A DNA stretch of 63,921 nt, counting the filler, from Licmophora abbreviata (Eukaryota), in the NCBI GenBank assembly GCA_900291995.1. It is 11 parts of 11 records of this genome, joined end to end, with 100 filler letters (N's around TTAATTAATTAA, not from the genome) between each part and the next. Parts side by side here need not be neighbours in the genome. Positions count along the whole stretch, not along the records: positions 1 to 21,086 come from OLMU01003256.1; positions 21,187 to 35,865 come from OLMU01003260.1; 9 more parts are not named here. One strand, written 5' to 3'. Position numbers and translations under genes: made by a program. Every line of letters starts with the position of its first letter. The stretch's first letter is position 1. The notes below the pieces were generated by a model. The model was not told the DNA's origin. It did no database searches and saw only the letters and a program-made list of their open reading frames with translations. Positions 12,101-22,395 of this stretch are shown piece after piece.

Positions 12101-12836
12101 GGCTTTTCTTTTTCGTATTGCCTCCTGTGACATCTTGCAGTCGTGCCTGCAGTTCGGCCGTGGCCCAGGCAAGTGCCGCCTCGCCCTTCATATCCCGGTG
12201 TAACAGTCCGCTCGCCGCTTGCTCCGATGTTTCATGATCGTGTCCATTCTGCTTCTCTCCCGCCTCGTCACGCTGCAGTTCCATACTCGTCGCATGCGTC
12301 ACAGGATATACATGTCCCACTCGCACCGATACTTGATTTTCGTATTCATGACTTCGCAGTAAAGCCAGAATGCTATAGTCGGCATTCGTCAAAATGACAT
12401 TGCCCCGCGCGTAGAGTTCCAGAATCAGTGCATGCCGATGCACTCCACTCCCAAAGATAAAGAGTACGACGCGATCCATCTTTCCCAATTGCTGGATGCG
12501 TTCCAAGCGGAGCCCCCGAAGGTGCTTCCGTAGCTTACTACAGAACGGGGATGGCATGCCTTCGGCTTGAAGTGAAGTGCTGTTGTGAGTGGTGTGGAAG
12601 CGGATGCCTGATTCCAGAAACAGAACTTGTTTGCCATCAGTACTAGTTCTATCAGTACTGTTGGAAGCTGTTGCGCTGCTGTTACTGGCATCTAATTTCA
12701 TCAGGAAGGAGTCATTCCCACTCTCGCTGATGCCGTCGTAGATATTGATAAGTCGTCGACCCAGCAAGACACGCTGGACGTACGATACCATGCTGCAAAC
12801 GTCGAGTCCGTCAAAGCGGACTTTGGAAGAGGGCAT
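9186..12836 (-). CDS. NEMF: Ribosome quality control complex subunit NEMF/Rqc2 (Tae2)
   Basis: N-terminus [47 protein letters not shown]...GGRDAQQNE...[32 protein letters not shown]; C-terminal PVCAPY...[14 protein letters not shown] at 12836. Confidence 0.96.
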   Translation of the reverse strand: [1216 protein letters not shown]

Positions 12837-13208
12837 TTTCTTCGTGTCACAGACGTGTCGTAGAGGTGCTTTCCAAGCAGCGAGGCAGTGGGATAGAGAG
12901 ACACTGGCGCTTGCAGTGTGACGAATGAAATGGGAGGGACGGTCCGTGGGATTGAATGAGCGGTTGCCGACGTTCGACGAATGCCATCGTTCGAGGCGCG
13001 TTTTCTGAGCACAGTGAGCGGTTGAAAATGGAACGACGACTGACAGAACGCTCCCCATTTCCACCGTCTGTCCGTCTGTCTGTTCAGTTTCCTTTTTACT
13101 TTTTACGACGACTGGATTTTCCGAACACAATCCAAAAACCGACATGGCACAACGAACGGCGGCATCGGTGGCCATTGCGGGTACGTACGCAGCATCAGCT
13201 ACTGCAAA

Positions 13209-15476
13209 ATGAGTTCCTCCTCCGCCTCGTACCCTCTTGCGGCTCCATTGTCTAAAAAAGAAAGGGGTCGTCTCAAAAAGCTTCGAAAGAGGGCTGTTTG
13301 TACACCCATCACGACGAAGGGTCGTGAAGTCAGTGGACTGACGTGCCGCAGTGACTACGAGGAGTATGAGCGCCTGCAGCAGCGAGCACAGCACGAGGCA
13401 AAAGACTCGAATGATAACACTCTTCGAATTGGGCGGATGATGGGTCCGTGTGTGATTCCTCGACGAGGACAACACATCACTGACGACTGGCAACGTGCCG
13501 ATGCCGAGGATCATCGAAATGTTCTTTGGAATTGGGTGTCAAACTATCTCGTGAATACTACTAGTATTGGGGTTGGAGGAGTGTCTCACAAACGACCAAG
13601 AGAAGACGATCTTCCTGCTCCTCCTTCCATCCCACCTTGGGCAACACTGCACAATCCTTGGGCCCTGAAGAGTGTGGCCGTGGTCGAAGTACATGTAGAA
13701 ACAGGACAGTATCGTCCGACGAGTGGTGACTGTGGTGGCGATGATGAAGATGATGATGATTCCCTCTGGTGGCAAGAGCATGTACTATCACAATTGCCCA
13801 GTCTCTCGGTAGGTAGCAACACTACCAACAGGACTTGTCTTCCAGTTTGGACACGATGGTTTCAGTCCGACCGTCACTTGAAAACGCCGTCGGACGAACT
13901 CTTGTGCTTGCCGAAAAAGAGTTTCAAGGAACAGAATCAAGAGCCAGAGGGTGAGGGTCCTCCAACGATAGAGGGACTGCCCAATCAGTTCGAACCTTTG
14001 CTGCTATCTGCTTCGAAACGAGCGAGTGAGGGATATCCCATGCAGCTGTCGACGCAAGGACAAGATGTCTCTACTGAGGGTGGCAAAAGTGATGGAAGCT
14101 CCAGAGTTTCGGAGAAGGTGCTTCCAGAGGACACCGCTCGATTGCCTCACTTGATTCCTCAGAACGAGGCTGAAACTATTGTCCAACGTTATCAAGTAGC
14201 TGTGGAAAATTTGGAAGGAGATGACCCGCAGGAGCTGGGGACATTCGTTGCGACGCAGGTCTTCTCTCGTGCTATCGACGCTCGTGTGTTTGCTTTGGAC
14301 TGTGAGATGGTGCGGACGACGGTCGGTTCTCAGCTTGCCCGCACTTCATTGATACAGCTCACAGGAATATCTTCTCATGACAAGGTTACATACGAAATAG
14401 TTCTGGACGAACTCTCAAAACCATCTCATCAGGTGGTGGACTATCTGACACCATATTCCGGCATGACTGCAGCTAAACTACAGCCAGTCACAACATCTCT
14501 CATGCAAGTGCAGGCATCAGTCTTATCCTGCGTGGATGCACGTGATGTTCTGGTGGGACATTCGCTGGAAAATGATTTGCTGGCGTTACGCGTCGTACAC
14601 CATCGCGTAGTGGACACGGCCATGCTGTTTCGAGCCAAGAATGGTCGCAAGTACTGTAAGTGTGCTATTGTGGGATCGACAACCGAGTAGAACCTGCTCT
14701 TATTGTGTCATGCATCTCATGACGTGGGTTCATTGTAATGTTACCAGCACTTCGTCATTTGTCGTCGACGCTCCTGGGCAAGCGCATACAGATGAATGGA
14801 TCTCACTGCAGTGAAGAAGATGCCGCTGCCGCCTTGCATCTTGCCGTTCGACGTGCTCGGGAGGGACCCCCTTTTGCATACGCGAACGAGGCGATGAACA
14901 TTGGCATTTGTTGGAGCAGCCTCAACTAAGAGATGAGTCACCAGTTGTTTGCATTGGTCCGCACGAGTGGCTAAAGGCTCATATCACTTCCGGTGGCGGT
15001 ACCACGGCTCATGCCTTGACCTGCGAATCTGTGCATGATACGAATCGAAAGGCTCTTGTAGCGTGGACTTCCTCTTCAAAACGACGCGCCAGGTTTGTGT
15101 GGATGAATCTAACTGTGCCAGAGAAAAATCATGTCACTAGCTTGTCTATGGTCAATCAGACACTGGTAAGTAGTGTGCTAGGTGATTGGATTTATGTGGT
15201 CTACCAAGTCGTTCAGCTGACAGCGACAAGATGCTGTATCACTACCTTCTACAGTCTGATCTGTTTGCATCGATGTTGCCCGGGACAGTGGTTCTCGTAG
15301 TCTTCCAACGAGGTTATCAGCGTGCAGCCGACCTGATCTCAAAGCGAAAGGCTATGAAGGATCCGCGGTCATCCCTGCGGTGGTCGGCCGACGACGAGAA
15401 GGAGCTCGCGGCAGCACTTGATGTGTCTCGTTCCGGCGTGGCCTACTGGATCAGTGACAGCTCATGTTCAACGTGA
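13209..15476 (+). CDS. DEDDh RNA exonuclease, REX1/REXO-like; 3 exons (13209-14655, 14748-15165, 15255-15476) with an apparent frameshift near 14867-14876
   Basis: FALDCEMV, VVDYLTPYSGMT, LVGHSLENDLLAL, VVDTA, spliced KYSLRHLS, HCSEEDA; GT-AG introns 14656-14747 and 15166-15254. Confidence 0.88.
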
Positions 15477-15491
15477 TCCAATGAGTACAAT

Positions 15492-17684
15492 CTATGGCTT
15501 CAAGTCGCTTGCACGGCCGCTGGTTGCATACGTTCTCTCGCATGAGGCTGGAGATCCAGACTCCCGATCTTCTCTGTACAATGTGTGTGCTCCTTTTGGT
15601 ACCTTCGTTTCCTGTTGGCTTGGTTTGAAGATCGTCAAGCAAGTCTCAGTACGAGGCACAGGCTGTTTGTCTGGCGTGTGAGTTGGAGGGTGGCGACTAG
15701 TATGACTGGACCAGGAAGGCAATGGCAGAGCCTTTGCATAGTTTTGTCGGTCAGCATGCCTGTATTCTGGCATTGGGAAATTGAGGTTGGTCAACCGCTT
15801 CTTCATTGCAAGTAGAGCGTCGTTATCGTCGTTTGTCTTGTATGGTGAAGTACATCCCTCGTCTTGTTCGTGTGGATCAAACACAATAAACTTAGGGATT
15901 CCGTCCGGTTCTTTTCCCGCCTCGGAAGGAGAGTGTCTCACCGCTGCACCACCTGAGAATTTCCTTAGAGCATTGGAGCCTAAAAATCTGCCACCTCTGT
16001 CAGACTCTGCTTGCTTGCGAAAGAGTCTTTCACTCTGGCTTCTAAAGAAACCTCCAAATTGGCTCGCCCCTTTGACGGAGCTATGGAGCGAAAGCTTTCC
16101 TGTGCGTTTCCGCTCATTTCCCGAATCGTGTTTGTCGTCTCCATTTCGTTTCGGGACAAGAGCAAGCGAATCCTCCTGCTCTTGCCCTTCCTCACTCGCG
16201 CTGCTTTCTTGGCGTTTGTGCCGAGTTGATCTTGGTACCAAAGCCATCGAGTTTCCCAGCTGTTGGCTACTGGATCCTATTTTGTGATCACGATGAAATC
16301 CAGCTCGATATCCTTCGCCTGGAACTAGTGCACGACCAATCAGCTGCTCGCTCTTAGCTCTACGGAGCTCCTTTCGATAGTTCCGACGATTCTCGTCGTC
16401 ATTCTCTCTTTGACTCCCTGTGGAGGCGAGTGGTACAAGCGCACTCTCAATTGCACCGGGCCTTCGTACCTTCTCAGCGTCGTGGGAGGCAACAATGTCA
16501 TCGCCAATTCGTACCGCACCGTCTACTGTCGTAGGGAAAGAAATGTACACGCCCTGTTCGATGACGTCTACCGTGAGTGTGCTTTCTCGATGCATGGATT
16601 GCTCACGGGCGACGTGGTGACTGGTTGATTTCTCCAAAGTACGAGGGACATGATGAGGAAAGTGACCATCCTGGACGGTGTGAATCGTCGTAGGCAGACC
16701 CGACAAACGCTCACTCTTGGATCTGTGAAAGTTTTGTCGCTTGTTATCTTCTTCTCCTTTGCTCCGATGATGAGAAGAGCCGTGGTTATGTTGAGATTTA
16801 TGTTGGTCTAATTCATTTGGGGGGCTTGAACGAGAGGTGTGACTGCTTCGCTGGCCACGCCCTCTGTTGGAACGGCATCTCCCCAGTAGGTTCGAGTCGG
16901 ACATACTTTTCCGTCGAGTTTGTCGTTCTCCTGGACGCCCTGATGATATCATCGATGGTCGTCTCCCAGACGAACGATGTCTTGATGTGTGCTCGCTCGA
17001 GGATGAGTGTCTAGGTGCTGGTCGAATGTTGTTGGACGGCTCGATACCATGCAACTTGGTTGCATCTAAAGTTTCGGCTGGAAGAACGGATGACTCCTGT
17101 AGAAGTTCAATGGCGTGTTTAGCTTTTGTTCTTGTTTGATTCCTCAGCATATAGGAAGGAACGGCATATCCCGGCCTTCGCCTGACTTGTTCTCTTGAGA
17201 GCCTTGGTAGTGTGTTTGCTTCACGATGCGGAGACATGCCCTTTTCGCCTCTCATCGTCCTTGACTTTTGGTTGCTCTGAGGTGGTGTCCGTGACCCTGA
17301 GTTTGCTGTGCCTGTGTGAGTCCTTCGACTATCGCTACCTTTGGACCTGTTGCACGAGTCCGTTGACGACCGTCCTCGCCCCCTTCCTACTGGAGACAGA
17401 CTTGTACCTCCACTGGTCCGTGGCTTGTCCCTGTGAGACCTTGCTCGACTACTTGACCTATTATTTCGCGCTGTTGAGCTACTGCGCCTCGTGGGAGCGG
17501 GCGATCTCTCTCGTCGGCTTCTTGATATCGAGCGAGAAGTCCTTTCATGTCGTCGCGTTGGGGCCGGCTGACCACTTCGTCTTGGAGATATGCTTCTCGA
17601 CGGCATTATCGCTGATCGATCTGAGCACATTCGATCGCTGCAACAATGCACTGGTACGTGGGACTGCTCTGGCCTGTTCTGCAT
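15492..17684 (-). CDS. Hypothetical R/S-rich low-complexity protein
   Basis: 730-aa uninterrupted ORF, disorder-like composition; alternative start 17606. Confidence 0.7.
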   Translation of the reverse strand: MQNRPEQSHVPVHCCSDRMCSDRSAIMPSRSISPRRSGQPAPTRRHERTSRSISRSRRERSPAPTRRSSSTARNNRSSSRARSHRDKPRTSGGTSLSPVGRGRGRSSTDSCNRSKGSDSRRTHTGTANSGSRTPPQSNQKSRTMRGEKGMSPHREANTLPRLSREQVRRRPGYAVPSYMLRNQTRTKAKHAIELLQESSVLPAETLDATKLHGIEPSNNIRPAPRHSSSSEHTSRHRSSGRRPSMISSGRPGERQTRRKSMSDSNLLGRCRSNRGRGQRSSHTSRSSPPNELDQHKSQHNHGSSHHRSKGEEDNKRQNFHRSKSERLSGLPTTIHTVQDGHFPHHVPRTLEKSTSHHVAREQSMHRESTLTVDVIEQGVYISFPTTVDGAVRIGDDIVASHDAEKVRRPGAIESALVPLASTGSQRENDDENRRNYRKELRRAKSEQLIGRALVPGEGYRAGFHRDHKIGSSSQQLGNSMALVPRSTRHKRQESSASEEGQEQEDSLALVPKRNGDDKHDSGNERKRTGKLSLHSSVKGASQFGGFFRSQSERLFRKQAESDRGGRFLGSNALRKFSGGAAVRHSPSEAGKEPDGIPKFIVFDPHEQDEGCTSPYKTNDDNDALLAMKKRLTNLNFPMPEYRHADRQNYAKALPLPSWSSHTSRHPPTHTPDKQPVPRTETCLTIFKPSQQETKVPKGAHTLYREDRESGSPASCERTYATSGRASDLKP

Positions 17685-18028
17685 TGCGTCGTCGATGTAA
17701 TGGCTCTTCGCACCTTCGAACGTCGTTCTCTTTCCTTTCCAAATTGTGAGGCTGGTGTCGCAGTGACAAAACCACTAATTGTGATTTCTCCAGAAATGTC
17801 ATCGAGATTTCCCCATGAGTTAGTATTTATTGTTTGGGACCATCATGATACTTGTGTCATATGTAAAATTAATCAAAAGGGACATTGACATCGGTCACTG
17901 TCATTGAAAGGTCATTTTGAAGTATGTCCTTCGTCGGATACTGAACACGCGGTGCGACGGACCGACGCCACCGATTTGCCTGGCAGTCGATAGTTTCATC
18001 ATTCCATTCGACATTCGACGCGTCGGCC

Positions 18029-19394
18029 ATGATGGAAGACGATGATCTCTTTCGCTGTGCTCTCTGCGGCACAGCGGAAGGCGACTCTACGAACCTGACG
18101 ACACAAAGCTCTCTTCAGACGAACGCTACGGTCGGCTGCGGGCACCAGTTGTAGGTTTTCTTAATTTTTTTTATGCTTTGAAACACAAGTCCACGACCGG
18201 TGTCGCTGTCCGACTTCTTGTCTCACTTCGTATTCTGCGTGTTTTGCTTGGCGCAGCTGTACATCCTGTGTCGAACGTGAACTTTCAAAGCGAAAAGTAA
18301 GACTTGGACCAGCGTTGTTCGTGGATTTGAATCTGAAAGAGAAACCAGCTAATCAATCACGTATTCATTTACCCAGGAGTTTCCCTGCCCCATATGTGAG
18401 ACGTCTGTCAGGAGAGTGACACTGTCGACCCGTACATTGGATGATGTTTTGTGTGAAAAAGACACGGGCTGGCGGAGACGGATCATGAAGGTGTACGTCT
18501 CTTGCGTCATCTTTGAAAATGCATCTGGTTAGTTAATGCTGCATATGCTGTCTCACTGTCGTCTATTTCGCTCCTCTTCCAAACTATGCTCCCTGGTACC
18601 GTCATGTGCACCGCAGCTTCAACAAGGTCGAGAGCGACTTTCCGACTCTGGTCGATTACAACAACTATCTGGAAGAGGTTGAGGATATCAGTGAGTCGTC
18701 GGTGGTTCTTTGTAGGATACATTCTCCTGCTGTGGTTGCGGGTCAGACTCACACCCTTCCACGTTGCAGTCTACAGCATTGTGAACGAGGAGCCGAACGC
18801 TGAAGAAATGAAGGCAAGGGTAAAGACTTACGAGGAAGCGAACAAGTCTCAAATCGTAATAAGACAGAGTCATCGGGCCGATGAGGAGCGAAGTATAGCC
18901 GATAGGATTGCAGCCGAACAGCGAGAATCGGAACGACGAAAACGAGAGTATCACGAAGAGGAAAAGGCGATTTCGCTTGCCAAGAGGAAGCTCAAGCAGG
19001 AGTCCACCGAGGTGCTTTTAGGAGTAAGTGCTGCTCGCTTCATTGTGGGATGCTTTCTTTTGTCATTAGTGTTACCAACAGTGAACTCGCCCCGCCTCTT
19101 CGATCTTTCGCTCAGGAGCGCGAGGAGGTATCGGCGGAGCTTCGAGCAGCACAAATGCAAGGTTACAGGAATGAACTGCGACGGCAGGGGCGCGGAGTGG
19201 CGGCGACAAATACGGCGTCACCACGTGTTCGAGAGCCTCAGGATGGATTACAAAAGGAGAAGAAATTGGATCGCGAGTTATATCGAAAGCGGCAGGCGGC
19301 GGGAGGAGGCATTCCCAGCGGGAGCATCGCTTCGCAAGAGCGTAACTGGAACGAAACGGTATCATCTCTGTTTTCCAAAGTGTCGGTCAAATAA
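18029..19394 (+). CDS. MNAT1: CDK-activating kinase assembly factor MAT1 (TFIIH Tfb3); 6 exons: 18029-18150, 18257-18296, 18377-18492, 18617-18690, 18770-19023, 19116-19394
   Basis: Manual splicing across five GT-AG introns gives RING CALC...CGHQFCTSCVE...FPCPIC, then DTGWRRRIMKVFNKVESDFPTLVDYNNYLEEVEDIIYSIVN, the MAT1 signature. Confidence 0.9.
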
Positions 19395-19422
19395 AGGGTA
19401 GGAAAACTTGGAGAGAACTGCC

Positions 19423-21086
19423 TTACTTTCTACGCTTGTACTTGCTCTTTGACTTGAAACTGTGCACAGACTTCTTTTTTGTCTTCCTGGCAATCTTCGA
19501 GGGATCGTACTCCTTAAACCGGAAGTTGCTAGGTCGCATGTCTTCCGATTTTGATTTCTTGCTCGAAAATGCAACTTTCTCCTCGTCAAACAAGCCGCTG
19601 TCCCCAAGCGCATCAGATGCAAAAGCTCCGCTGCTTCGCTTCTTTTTCACTCGACTTACTCTATTGTCGGCACGGAGCGCCTGGTCCTCGTCGTGCACAC
19701 TTCCCGTGCCGAACTCGCTTCGTTTCAAATCATCGTTTCGTTTCTGAGCCCGGGCTTTCGACTTAATTATCTGTTCCGTCGCCATCTGTTTCGCTTGCTT
19801 GCCTGTCTCTTCCTGTTCTTTCCGCGACTCCTCTTGGTAACGCATGAGATCCACTTTTGCATCTCTGGCTCTGCGTTTCTTCCGTGTCATTCGATGCGTT
19901 CCTGTCCCAGCTTTCTCGGCGATTATCTTCTGTTTCTCGAGAGAGGCAGCTTTCGTGGTCTCTTTCTGCTTGGTCGAAGCAAACCATTCCCGCTGCGGTC
20001 GAGACATGATTTCGTTCCCATGCTCGATCATATTCTGTGCCTTGACCACTTCCATTTCCGCGATTCGGTCCATGCGGGCGACAGCCTCAGCTTGCAACAC
20101 TTCCTCTACGTGCGGCTGCAAGGAATTGATTTTCGCCACGAAGTGTGACACCACGGCGGGAGGGATCGTTCTGGAACGAATGATACCCGACTTGGCGTTT
20201 TGCGTCGCCTGTCGATTTTCGTGTCTACTCTTTTCCTCTGCGTCCTTGATAACGTCTTTCATTAAGTGACGGCGGCCCTCACCGATCAACGTGCAACTCT
20301 TACCTCGCCTTCCGGCACGCGCGGTCCGTCCGATGCGATGGATATACGTTTCAAGTTGGCTCGGCATTTCGGCGTTGATCACCGTTTCCACACGATCAAT
20401 GTCAAGTCCACGAGCTGCGAGATCTGTCGCAAGCAGGATGTCCACTTCATTTTTTCTAAATTGTTCTAGTGCCATCAAGCGCTGTGTTTGAGTCAAGTTG
20501 CCATGAAGCTCGGAGCTCTTGATGCCACAAAGACCGCATATGATCATCATCCTGTGTGCCGAAGCTTTCGTGTCAAAGAACACAATCGCCTTTGTAGTAA
20601 AGGTTCTTGTGAGCAAACTTAGAAGCATGGCCTCTCGATTCACACCCTCGTTGCCTGAACGGATGCGTACAAACTCTTGTTCCAATCGAGGCGCCACTTC
20701 CACTTCCGCTCCGGCTGTCGAACGCTGCAAGCCACTGATCTTCACTCTGACCGGGCGTTTCAGACTCAGCTTCACAAGATCATCGACTTTGGTTGTCATC
20801 GTAGCAGAAAACAGCATCGTCTGTCGTTGAGTCGGACACGCCTTGATCAGTTCATGGACCTCTTCCTGAAAGCCAAGGTCCAAAAGCCGGTCTGCCTCGT
20901 CCAAGATGAGGAATTCAATGTCATGAAGAGAAACGCCCGCCGAGTTGGTGATATGGTCTAGTAAGCGGCCTGGAGTCGCCACCACAACATCAGGTCTAGT
21001 GCGAAGTTCGGCCGCCTGTGCATTCACATTCTTGGCTCCTCCGACTATAAGTGTAGCTCGAATCTTGGTGAACTGCGCCAACGTAG
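19423..21086 (-). CDS. DDX27: DEAD-box RNA helicase DDX27/Drs1 (5' part lost in gap)
   Basis: TPGRLLDH, DEADRLL, FSAT, LEQEFVRIR, HGNLTQTQR, ARGLD, HRIGRTARAGR; NMIEHGNEIMSRPQREWF; C-terminus FKSKSKYKRRK. Confidence 0.93.
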
Positions 21087-21186
21087 NNNNNNNNNNNNNN
21101 NNNNNNNNNNNNNNNNNNNNNNNNNNNNNNTTAATTAATTAANNNNNNNNNNNNNNNNNNNNNNNNNNNNNNNNNNNNNNNNNNNN
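21087..21186. other. Artificial assembly gap linker
   Basis: 44 N + TTAATTAATTAA + 44 N. Confidence 0.98.
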
Positions 21187-22281
21187 GACGGGATGCTGGG
21201 TGGCAAACAGCTCGCATGCAGCCGATCATTTGGCAGCTGGTGGTGCCTCTTCGGCCATGCAACTACTGAATCGTCAAATTGCTGCCAGCGAATTTTCCGT
21301 GTTGAAGGGAGCTATGATGGGGTGCTACCTGGGGTCCATGATGAGTGTTCCAGGTATGCAGCAGATGTGTTGCTCTATTGGTATGTATGTCTTGAGCATA
21401 GCTCTAACTGTCATTGTTCTGCATCTCTTTACAGGTGTTCCTGGCAGTGCCAGTATCAGCATTCCGTTGATGCGCAACGATGCTGCTGAACATCCCGGAT
21501 CAGACAGTCTTCCTCGTACGTCCTTGAAGATGAAGCACCTTGTTGCTGGTGTCCGTAACGGGTATCGCTTCTTCCAGGGTGGCAAGTTCAACGACGCAAA
21601 AGCGGCCTTCCGTGACGTTCTCGCCAAGATCCCGCTTACCATCACGGATAATCGCGGGGAGGCTACCGAAATGAAGGAAATGTTGGAGATTTGTCGCGAG
21701 TACATAACCGCAATCCGGATCAAAGGTGCCATGGCAGAGTGCGTGGGTGACCCAGTCCGCTCCACGGAGCTGTCTGCTTACTTCACTCACTGCAACTTGC
21801 AGCCCGTGCATCTGCTCTTGGCTCTTCGGTCAGCGATGGGAACAGCTTTCAAGCATAAAAACTTTATCGCGGCTGCCGGCTTTGCCCGGCGTCTCTTGGA
21901 GTTGCCGGATATGAGCAGCGAGCGCAATGCTGACCTTCGCGTCAAGGTAAGTCGCCTGTTGTAGAAGAGACTTCGAGATTTCCCTTTCTTTTTGGATTAC
22001 TAAGGTCTGCTTTTTTTGCTTTTTTCACGATACAGGCTACCAAGGTCCTGCAGAAGAGTGAGCAAATGGCGCGCAATGAACACAACTTAAACTATGATGA
22101 ATCTACGTCGTTCGTCATCGACTGTAAGAACTTTGTTCCAATCAAGGCGGGAGAGAGTTCTGTCAAATGCCCGTATTGTGGATCTTCGTACTCGGGCGAG
22201 GATATGCGTGACCACCCGTGTCATACATGCGGAATCTCCAAGGTCGGCGTCGAAACTATCGGACTCGTATCTGGATCGTAA
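21187..22281 (+). CDS. COPA: Coatomer subunit alpha, C-terminal part (5' lost in gap); exons 21187-21353, 21435-21946, 22036-22281
   Basis: NSSHAADHLAAG...AMQLLNRQI; ICREYI; ELSAYFTHCNLQPVHLLLAL; KHKNFIAAAGFARRLLEL; C-terminal CPYCG...CHTC. Confidence 0.95.
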
Positions 22282-22395
22282 GCTTTCTGCGAGGTTGGCC
22301 GAGATATGCATGGCTCTTGAGTAGTAGCGTGCTGATACGGTAGAAAAACTAAAACCGTTATGATTACACTTTCTACATCTCCGCGGGTTCCCCAA

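Noticed and set aside
12837..13514. 225-aa N-terminal extension of NEMF overlapping the exonuclease gene
   Set aside because: Arises from a non-ATG ORF-finder start; NEMF homology begins at ATG 12836
18586..19401. 271-aa ORF as a standalone gene
   Set aside because: It is intron read-through around MAT1 exon 5
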